NCBI RefSeq assembly: GCF_009914755.1
Contig: NC_060925.1
Source of the DNA: the human T2T-CHM13v2.0 reference genome, Homo sapiens
Strand: one strand, 5' to 3'
Length of the DNA stretch: 64,000 nt
Shown here: piece after piece, positions 53,321 through 64,000 of the stretch
Numbering within the stretch: the stretch's first letter is position 1
How the letters are laid out: each line of letters starts with the position of its first letter
Program-made: the position numbers and the translations under genes
The notes under the pieces: generated by a model
What the model saw: the letters and a program-made list of their open reading frames with translations, nothing else
The model's database searches: none
What the model was told of the DNA's origin: nothing

Positions 53321-54969
53321 GTTTTAGAACTTAAAGAGGAGTTCCCATATACAGTAGATTGGGAGCCACTGTTCTAGATCAAGTCATCATTTTTACTTAT
53401 TGGTTTGCTCAAGTTTTCACTTATTAGTAGCAAAACATAGAAGATTTCCAACACATTACTTTAAATATTAAATTATTTAATTGCAATAGAAAATGAAACT
53501 GGCATAAACAAATTTGAGAACAAACATAGTTGACTCTTAATAAGCATAAAAAGCATAAGGCTCAGTTTGTGGGAGCAAAAGTGTGAGGGTGTGCAAGAAT
53601 GAAGCCTCTTGATCTGGACCATTTGGTCTTCCATGGGCGTTAGATATAGGAATACATGGCTTTGGTTAATACTATGAGGCAATTCAGTGGAGGTCAGTTA
53701 AGAGAGATGATATCATACTTAGTATATTATAATTAGCTGATTTTTTTCCTACCTTATGCTGGACTAATTTTCTAGAGCAGTTTATATGATACTTACTTCT
53801 GTATCCCTACAGACACTGAGGGATACTGTATCTCTAAGCACTTAGCATAGAACCTGACAAATAGATGTTTAGTGAAGATTGAATAAATATCTTGCAGTAT
53901 TTGCTTGTTGTTGTTATTTAAAATAGTGTAATAGGAATGAGTAATTGTGGGTATTTATATATAATACTAATATTTTAATTGTGTAATAGTTTATGCCTAT
54001 GTGAGGTTTTAAAAAGTGTATTTTGTTGTGGTAAATAACCTAAGAATTGTTGTTCATAAGGGGTTGCAATTACTTGTCCTAAGACTTGACCCTGCAATAG
54101 ATTGAGTGAGCACCAGATTATGGGCCAGTTTTAACTAATGAGTCTCAAATTGAGGAGCACTGCGGTATCATTAAGCCTGTAGCTTTTAACTGGTTTCCAG
54201 ACTTCAGAATGCTGTTTGATAGTATTTTATTAGAATGCTCTGGCATTCATGGTGTACTTTGCTGTTTTAAGACTTCTGACTGGTGTTCCTAACACATTAC
54301 CCTGTTTAGGCAAGCAGTTTGGGCATAGATTTATTGTCGTTGCTTTTGTAGCATAATATGGCTTCATTTGCGGTTTTAAGGATAGTTGCTACCTTCCATC
54401 TATTATGGCAATGTTTCTTGTGCTGCTAATAAGAGAGATTCTGGTGTCATCTACCTTGCTTGCTACCTTTCCGGTGACGTCAAAAGGAGGCATGTGATAG
54501 ATACGTGCCTTCCTTAACTCTCACTCTTTTTAATGTGATTGGTACAGGATAAAAATGAATTTTAATAACCTTTTTAAAAATTTATCAAGGTTTCATGCTT
54601 TAACATGTTGCTACATACTTTCTGATATTGTCCACATTTCTGGTATTTATTCTCTCTCCTGATTTTTTTCTTTCACCACTTGTAAACCCATAAGTTTTTC
54701 TGTACTATGGATATTTCATTGACTATGTTATTCCTATAAGGTATATTGAAGATATCACTTGGCTTGTAAAATCATTCCATTGATGGCATGTAAATGATAT
54801 TCAGGGTTTACCTGCCTGTTAGTTGGCCAGTTTTGTCCTAGAATGTATCTAATCTCTTGTTACATGGAAGTGATGCTTACTATTATGTGGCTTTACCCAA
54901 GCCAGTATTTATAGAAATGAGTGAAAATGAAATGTATAAAAGCAGGTTAAGCTTTATTAACTTTGGTAC

Positions 54970-57900
54970 ACTATGCCAAGCATATTTCCAGAGAGGCTGT
55001 AACAATTGACAGCCTCACCAGCAGTATTCAAGATTCCCATTTGTCTCACATCCTCCTGAACACTTTCCATTGTCTTTTTAATTTTAGCCAAACCAGTAGA
55101 TGTGTAATGGTATCCTATTGTGATTTTTATTAATATTTCTTTAATACTAATGATGTTGCACACTGTTTTATGTGCTTATTGAGCATTTAAATATCCTCAA
55201 AAGAAATGCCCACTCAGATTATTTGCCCATTCTTTTATTTGGTCATCTTTTTCTATTGATTTGTTGGAGTTCTGTAGTTTTTTGGATACAGTTTATTATT
55301 GTTGTTGGATATATGAATACAAATACCTTCTCTTTGTGGTTTGCATTTTCACATTCTTAATGACATCTTGTGGACATAAGTTCTAACATGTTTCTTTAAA
55401 ATTTACAGTGAAATACAGAAATTGTATGTGCATAGTTAATTTTGATAAATTATAGTACAGAGAATTTTGGTAAAATTATGCACCTATTTACCTCAATTAA
55501 GTTGGAGAATATTCTCATCACCCCAGAAAGTTTCCTTGTGCTTCTTTCAAGTCAACTCCCATCTCATGTATTATTGTTTGCATATCTATTACTGTAGCAT
55601 AGTTTGGCTTGTTCTTGAATTTCAGTTAAATTGAGTCACTTAATGAGTGACTTAATGGAATCTTGTGTCTGGCTTCTTTTATTCAAATTGGTATTTTTGG
55701 GATTCATCTATATGTGTGTATCAATAGTTCAATTTTTAAAATTCTAAGTAGGTATTATATAAATATAACACAGTTTGTTTATTTATCTACTGTTGTTGCA
55801 CGTTTGGATCATTTCCAGTTTTGAGATCTAATGAATAATGCTACCATAAATATTCTTGTTACACGTCTTTTTGTGAGCATAATTTGAATTCTTATCTAGA
55901 CTCTATTCCATTGGTCTAATCTTATAGTAGTACAAAATTGTTGTAATTATCACAGCTGTATAGAAAATTTTGAAACCAAGTGGTGTAAGTTTTGCTCATT
56001 CTATGTTACTTGCATTTACGTGTAAATTTTAGAACCTGCTCTTCAATTTTACAAAACACCTGTTTGGATTTTGATTGAAATTGCATGGAATCTAGTTTGA
56101 TTTAGAGAAAATAGATGCCTTCTAATACATACACATGGTATGTCTCACCATTTACTTAGGTCTTTATTAATTTCTCTCAGAAGTGATTCGGAGTTTTTAG
56201 TGTAGAAGTCTTTTGCTAAATTTATCTACAAGTATTCTGTTTCTTCATGTTATTGTAAATGGAATGTTAAAAAACTTAATTTTCAAATTGTTGCTAGTAC
56301 AGAGAAATAAATTTTAGTTTTTTATTATGTCCTTGTATCCTTCTATCTTTCTAAATTCACTTATTTCTAGTACTTACTTAGTATATTCCTTATGAATTTC
56401 GTGTGTGCATTTTATTTCATTGTCTTGCTTTTTTGGACTTGTTTGAACTTCCAGTACAATGTTAAATAGAAGTGAGTACTTCCTTCCTGTGTAATCTTAG
56501 AGGGGAAGTGTTCAGTATTTCACTGTTAAGTGTGATGTTAGTTCTAGGGTTTTTTGTATATATGCCTTTTTTTTATATTGAGGACATTTCTTTGCCTAAT
56601 TAGCTGAGAGGTTTCTTTGTGAATTTATCAAATGCTTTTCTGTGTCCTTTGAAATAGTCATGGTTTTTATCTTTCATTTTGTTAACACAGTGAATTACAT
56701 TAATGGATTTCCAAGTCTTAAACCAACCTTACATTCCTGGGATAAACCCTTTTGTAATGTATTATCCTTTTTATATGTATCTAAATTTGTTTTGCTAATA
56801 CTTTGGTAAAGAATTTTATGTCTGTGTTCATGAGGAATATTGTTCTGTGATTTTCTTTAATGCCTTTGAAAAACGTTATCATCGGGGTTATGCTAGTCAC
56901 TTAAAAGCATTGGGAAGGATTCCCTTCTCTGTGTCTGAGTTTATGTTATTTCTTCCTTAAATATTTGATAAAATTCACTATTGAAATTACCTGGACCTGA
57001 GATTTCCTTTTATGAAGGTTTTGATAATGAATTCAATTTCTTTCATAGAACCAGGATATTCAGATTTTATATTTATTTTTAGGCCAGTTTTGATAATTTG
57101 TATTTCTCATGAAATTTGTATCTTTTTTCTGATTTGTCAAATTTATTGACAAAAAGATGTTCATGATATTTCCTTTTAATGCTTTTATGATTTGTTGTTG
57201 ATAACTTTTATTTCATTGCTGGTAATAATTTGTATATTTTCTCTTTTTTTTCGTGGTTCATCTTACCAAGAAGTTACCAATTGTATTAATCTTTTATAGA
57301 ACCAGCTTTGGCTTTCTTATTTTCTCTCTTATTTGCTTTCTATTTCATTTATATTTATTCTTATGTTTCTTATTTTCTTCTATTTACATTAAATCTATAC
57401 ATTTCTCACTAATCATTACTGTAGCTAAGTTCCACTAATTTTTTTCTTTCTTTTTATTTATGTTGAAATGTTTTCAAATCTAAATGGTCCCATTGCTGTA
57501 CTTGTATAACAGACCACCCCAAATAATAATAGTTTTGTTATGTTCACAAATTTTGTGGGCTAAGAATTCAGAAGGGGGATGGTGGTTATGACTTGATCTG
57601 GGGCCTCTCCTATGGGAAAACTTGAAGATTGGTAATGACTCGTCGTGTGATTGCCAGGAACTGGAATCATCTGAAGGCTCACTCACATATATGGCATAAT
57701 GCTGGATATTAACTGGGACCTGCCTTTGGTCTTATTACCGTAACACCTATGTGAGACCTCACCATGTAGTATCTTGGCAGCATGGAGGCTGGATTCCAAG
57801 AGCAAAAGTGTCTAAAGAGAACCAGACCTAAAGACTTAGTGTTAACAGTAACATAGTACTCTTCCCTCATTAGTTAAAAGACTGCTTAGAATCAAGCAGA

Positions 57901-59190
57901 GAAAACACAGACTTCTGTTTCTTAATGAGGTGTCAGACAGAGTTACACTGTAAGAAGGGCATGTGGGATGGAAGGTATTTTTCTGGCCAGTTATGGAAAA
58001 TTTAGTTCTGGGACCTATATAACCCCATGGGACCTAAATAACCCATAAGTTCTGGGTCCTAAATAACCCATGAGTTATTTAGAAACATGTTGTTTCCAGA
58101 TATTTGGAGCTATTCTAGATATTCTTATTACTGTTGATATCTAGTTTCATTTCATTATTATTAGAGAAAATATCCTGTATGATTTTCTTCTTTTGATATT
58201 CATTGGGACCTTTTTATGGCTTTGCATATGGTCTATCTTGGTGACTGTTACTGTGCATTTCTGCGTGTCACGTTCTATAAATGTTAATGGTTCAAGGTAT
58301 TTGAAAGCATTACACAAATTCTGTATATGCTTAGTGATTATTTTTCTAAGTTGTTCTATTAGTTGCCAAGGGATGGGTATTAAAATCTCTAGCTATGATT
58401 GTAGATTGGTCTGTTTCTCCCTTTAGTTCTGTCAGTTTTCTCTTTATGTATTTTTAGGCTATATTATTAGGTGCATATTCATGTAGTAATATTGTCTTTT
58501 TTATCTATATTGGCTACTTTTATCTATAAAATGTTCCTTTTTAATTTGTGGTAATACTCTGAAGTGTACTGTGTTTAATAAAAATATAGTATATCTCAGC
58601 TTCCCTATGCTTATTGTTTACATGGCACTTCATTTTTCATCCTTTTACTTTCTTTTGATTAGAGCTGTATGGTATGTCTTTTTCCATTCTTTTGCTTTTA
58701 ACCTACCTATATCATTGTATTTAAAGTGGATTTCTTATAGACAACACGTAGTTGGGCTTTGTTTTCATCTTTAACCAAACTGATAATTTGTCTTCTAAGT
58801 GATTTGTTTAAGCAATTTACATTTAATGTAACAATTAATATGCTTGAATTTAGGTCTACTGCTTTTCATTCCTCTGTTTCCCTTTCACACTTTCTATTGA
58901 ATTATTCGTTTTTTAATACACCATTTTACTTTATTTTTTTTCTGATTGCCATAGGGATTATGATATACATAGCAAAGCTTTTTTACCTACTTAGAGTTCT
59001 TTGTTGTTTTTTTTTCCCTTGTAACTATATAGGTCCCTTTATCCCCATCTTGTGTATGTTATAGTTTTCATATGTATTTTGTCTGCATACATTGAAAACT
59101 GTATCAAACAAGGTTATAATTTTTGTTTTCAACAGTCAACCATATTTTAAACAGCTTAAGAGGAGAACAATAGTTTATTGTATATACTCA
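54970..59190 (-). mobile_element. Ancient antisense L1M fragments in intron 2
   Basis: ttccagtacaatgttaaatagaagtga, tttcactgttaagtgtgatgttag, ttaaagtggatttcttatagacaacacgtagttggg. Confidence 0.8.
57490..58010 (-). mobile_element. MLT1 (G/H-like) MaLR LTR nested in L1
   Basis: ataacagaccaccccaaa...ctggaatcatctgaaggctcactcac...gaagggcatgtgggatggaagg. Confidence 0.72.
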
Positions 59191-60079
59191 GTTGTGGTCT
59201 ATTACAGCATATAAGTGTGTTTTGATTAAATTGTGAATTACCATTTTGATTATAAGGTATCCCTTTTCCTCAACTGTATTTAATAGATGTTTTAAATCAG
59301 CTAAGGTAGGGGCATAGTCAGTAAAAGTCAGCAATTAGTTTGCTGTGTTGATTTAGATGGAAAATACTGCTTTTTTTTTTCACTGTGGTAATTTGGACTC
59401 TTTAAATGAAGTGCCCAATAAAGATTTTTATTTCTATAACATGCTTTAGCTATATTTACAATTAGAGATTTTCTTAGTTTGTGTTTATTATTAGAATTTC
59501 CATTTAAAAATAATTTTTAACAAGCCATTTATGATTTATATGATAATATAGTTTCTTTTGCTGTTTTAAAAAATTCTAAAAGTAATAAGATTTGCATAGT
59601 GCCTATACTTTTAGATTCACTGTTTTTCCACACAAAGTCCATGTTTGTATTTTTCAGTAAATATGTATTCTAAAATAAACTAGGCACTTTTTATTTAGGC
59701 ATAGTAAACCATGAATTCCTCTTTACTCCATCACTTAGAATTCCTATCTGAAGCATGATAGTAGGAGAGCCCTCTCCTGATAACAGTAGATCTGTACTAC
59801 AAGTATGCTAGTAAGGAACCCTACTAAAAACAGCTATTTTGAAGAAATAATGTACTTCTTTGGTAAGTATTAGGTATGTTTAAATAGGTACTAGTATGGA
59901 AAAGTTTTCTTAGATATGATTTTTTAAAAAAGAAACAAAAATGGACTGTTTTCTACAAATCACAGTGTAGATTTTATAAGAGTTAAAGTCAAAATATATT
60001 TGGAGCAAAAATAAAATAATTTTAGACATTGTTATTTCTGGCTGGCACAAATTATTCCCAAGTGGCACAAATGATTACT

Positions 60080-60560
60080 GAAATTTATTCAGCAAATATT
60101 TAGCATCTATTCTATGTCAGGCTTTGTTCTTAGCACTGGGTATGTATCTGTGGAAAGAATGAAGTCCCTGCTCTCAATGAGCTCATGTAGAGACAGAAAA
60201 TAAAAGGGAAATTAAATGTAATAATTTCAAATAGTGATAAATGGTATTAAGACTGGGGATAGAGAGTATATGTGTGTGTTGCAGGGTAAAAGGGAGGTAT
60301 ACTTTCAGTTGGAGAGTCAAAGAAGCTCCCCTGAGAAGGTGACACTTGAGCTGAGACCTAAATGAACAGTCGGAGCCCACCATGCAGAAATGTTGCAAAG
60401 AGCCCTCTAAGTAGTGGGGATATCAGATGCAAAGCCACTCAACTAATAATAAGCTCGTACTATTTGAAGAAAAGGAAGTGACAAATGTGACTGGAACCTA
60501 GTGAAGGGTGGGAGAGAGAAGTGGTATGAAATGAGGATAAAGAGGAAGACTGGTGCCAAT
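60080..60560 (-). mobile_element. L2 fragment
   Basis: ttattcagcaaatatttagcatctattctatgtcagg...ctgagaaggtgacacttgagctgagacctaaatga. Confidence 0.75.
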
Positions 60561-61759
60561 TTGTTAACTTAAAGGTTATGAATGAACTTTCGATTTTATG
60601 ACTTTAAGGCAACACAGATCAAAAACAACTTGGTATCAAGCTGAATGTCAACTTTTTTTTTTTTTTTAACCTTGGACATTTTATTCTAGCTTAATATTTT
60701 ACCAATGTGTAATGGGTTGGTTGATTGATTAACTTAGGAACCACACAGATGTTCTTTGCCAAACATATTTATTTATTGTGGTAATGTCTGAGGAGTTTTA
60801 TACCAGCTAATAAAGTGATTTATTTGAGGAAGAAGGTGAATGAGTATAACATATGTGATAGTTTTTAGCTGTTTAAAAAACAAACTTTTATATTTTATTT
60901 AAATGTTATTCTAACATTTTAGGAGATTTATACATTCTTGTTTATGCTTTCTTAGCAAGAAAGTTCTAAATTATTTTTGTCTCGTTAAATTTTCTCAATT
61001 ACTCCATTTGAACAGAATTTTAATTTTCTTAGCTACCACATTAGTAACATACTTACATTGGGATTCTACTTCTGCTGAGCATCTATCTCTAATTAAGGCA
61101 TTGTCAAAGAAAAAAGTTAAGTGAATGCCACTTTTTTCCATTAATGGCTGAGTTCCCAGAATGATTCACATTTTAGCCTATGATATCATCCTTATTTAAG
61201 TATTTAGACAGACAAATAAACACAGAAATAGCAGAGTAAAATGAAAAGGGAAGTAGAACAATTCAGAAGGGTAATAGGCTCATTTGAATTTTAAAGTGAG
61301 TGTTGTATTTTTGATATTTTGATTTAGAACTTCACTGTGATTTTAGTGACAGTTTGACTACAATTTGAGGTTTCATTTTGTCTGACAATGACTATTTGGA
61401 AAGCACCTACTCTCATTTTCAGAGTAATGAAAATGAGTAACTCAAAACTAGTTAAGAAGCTAGTTTTGAGAAGGGATTCTGGGAGGAGGAAGGTTTGAAT
61501 GCTTTCTGCCTTCTCTCCCCTTCTGATTCTAATTTATCTACCTTTCTAGAGCCACACAGCTTCTGGGGTCAGAAGGCATATGGGGTTGTGAGATAATTTA
61601 TGCTTATTGGAGTCCTAGTATAGAGGTGGTGCAAGATTTTATCTTTTCTGCAGCAGTTGAAAGCCTGGATAAAGAGCAATGAAGGAAAAGCTCAGTCTGC
61701 AAAAATCTGCCCTCCTCATAGGTTTATGTCATAAAATGTAATTCTCAGACAATAATGCA

Positions 61760-63490
61760 ATATTAATTAGAATTCCAAAAGGATTTTTTAAGGATAATTA
61801 TTTGAAAATAGTTTCAAGTTTACTAAATTTTTTGATAAATTTATTGGATAATCAAGAACAATAGATGCCTGAGAATAGCTAGGACAAGTATGAAAACACA
61901 GACTAGAGTAATGATAGGAGAGGGGAACTTACCTTACACAACTTCAAAATATGCTCTAAAACCACTATAATATGATTAACGTTATATACTAACTTAATAA
62001 TTAACTTAATAGATACTAAATAGAAACTAACTTAATAGATAAAGAGATTAGTGGAACAAAATAGAGCCTTTCTCAACTAAAGCTCTTCAGCTGAATCACA
62101 AGACATAGAAAATTATTTGAGTGACTGTTCCCCCGCCCACTGCATGTATGATATAGAACGAGCACCATTCTAGATGTATTAGAGGGAAGTCAGTTCATTA
62201 TATATAGCATATGTCTTACAGAAATCAGGGTTAGAGAGACTAGATAATGCAGAACTATAAAATATATGGCAAAGATAAAATTTCACTGTTTGCTGAGAAG
62301 GGTGTCTTCCTCCTTTCCTCCCTTTCTCTCTCCTTCTTTTAATAGCACAAGCACAATTGACTATCATATGGGATAAAATGAATTTGAATCCTTAGGTTAC
62401 TCCATGTATGAAATTCCCCCAAAATTCAAGGCTTAGGTGTAAAAATGAAAACAAAAGTCTTAAAAGAAAATCTGGGCTACTATATATAAAAAATGTATGG
62501 ATTGGCAGGAGCTTCTTAAGCAAATCTAGAGACCCAGAAATTTAAATTTTTTTTTAAAAAGACATTATATCAAATGTAGAGTCTTTTGTCCAGTAAAAAA
62601 AAAAAAAAAAAAAAAACCCTTAAGTACATAATAACGTAATATCAATATTCAAAATAGACTTGGAAGAAAATACCTGAAATATATGCAACAAATATTTGTC
62701 AATAATAGACAAAGTACTCTTTTAAACAAGAAAAAAATTGAAATGACAATAGGAAAAAATAATAGCAAATGACATCAGTCAGCAATTCCACTTATGTGGA
62801 GTTTTAGAACAGGCAAAAGAAATCAATGTTGATAGTCTCACTCAGTAGTTGCTTGGGAAGGTTACGGGAGTTGCTCGTGAAGGGGCATGATGGAATTTTC
62901 CAAGGAAAAGGAATGTTCTGTATCATTGTGGAGATGGTGGTTGCATTGTAAAAAGTAATTGAACTATACACCTAAAATGTGTGTAGTTCAATATAGTTTA
63001 TATATGTAAATTATACCTCAATAAAGTTGGTTTTAAAACTTCAATTGATACTCTTAAATGGTAACATTTTAATGTATGTCAGCACCTACTGCTATTACTG
63101 CTGTGGGCAAAAGGATATTTTCCTACCTTTCCTGTAGAAAGGTAAATTTTTACAACTTTTATGGAAGCAACTTTGAGACATCTATTAAGACAAAAATTGT
63201 ACCTTTTAATCCAACCTGTTTCTTGACTCTTTTCCGTAGGAATAAAAGTTCCAGTAGATAAAAACACGTATGCATATGTTTAATGAAGCATATTTCTTAG
63301 TGGCTAAAAGCTGGGTACCAAATTAATTCCCATTATTAGGGGAATGGCTGATTAAATTGCAGAATATGCTTATCATAGGATATAATATAGCCATTAAAAG
63401 GGTAAGTTAGAACTGTAACTGATGAAAGGATTTCCATGAGATATTGTTGAAGGAAAAAAGCATGATGCACATAATAGAATCAGATAGACT
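61760..63490 (+). mobile_element. Ancient L1ME-type fragments, including an A22 run at 62595-62616
   Basis: ggaacttaccttacacaacttcaaaatatgctctaaaaccacta and tatgtaaattatacctcaataaagttg. Confidence 0.65.
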
Positions 63491-64000
63491 ACTTTATTTT
63501 TGAAAAGAAATAGTGTGCCAAGAAATAGCCTGTAAATATGCATATTTTAATTTATAAGAATAACATTGAAGGATATATTTCAGATCATTTACACAGTTTA
63601 CCGAATGTAAAGGACAAGATGTGTGAGGGAGTTGGAGAGAAGAGGAGGAATGTAGAGATGGGTAAAAAATGAATAAGATTGACATGAAAAACATCTAAAC
63701 AATGTATATATATATAATCTCATATTTAAAAAATTTTATGTATCTGCATAAACTTAGGGAAAACATTTAAGTTTTTATGTACTGACTTTCAGAGGTATTC
63801 ATCATATCCATTTAAATTTTAGAAAATGTGTTACAAAGTAATGTTTATATGATTCTATTTGAGTAAATAAAAGATCCCCGTATATGAATTTTTGTTAAAT
63901 TTTAGTCAGTTCAACTTTCTTGTTTCCAGGTTTTTTTTTTAGTTTCTCTGAGAAACTTTCCAAATATAACCTTGACGTTCAAGCCCCTTAAGTGGATGTC

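Overview
This is primate (almost certainly human) genomic DNA, not microbial. It is AT-rich and dense in repeats: Alu, old L1M, L2, MIR, MaLR/ERV LTRs and MER DNA transposons. The only protein-coding sequence I can support is the 5' end of LYPLAL1 (lysophospholipase-like 1) on the + strand: coding exon 1 at 45861-45951 and exon 2 at 51111-51210, with later exons beyond the window. It is driven by a CpG-island promoter (about 45730-46250) with an NRF1 palindrome and a GC box. The promoter looks bidirectional, and the upstream 45 kb probably lies within the divergent lncRNA LYPLAL1-DT (from recall, not verifiable here). Almost all ORFs in the supplied track are chance or repeat-derived. I found no evidence for a novel multi-gene system. 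The most interesting signals are splicing and translation architecture: a 27-nt in-frame candidate microexon just after exon 2, a tandem AG|GT recursive-splice-like 19-nt unit on the minus strand at about 44.4 kb, a consensus donor competing with the weak exon-1 donor, and an out-of-frame upstream ATG overlapping the start codon. Repeat boundaries and subfamily names are by eye and approximate unless a TSD or TIR is quoted.
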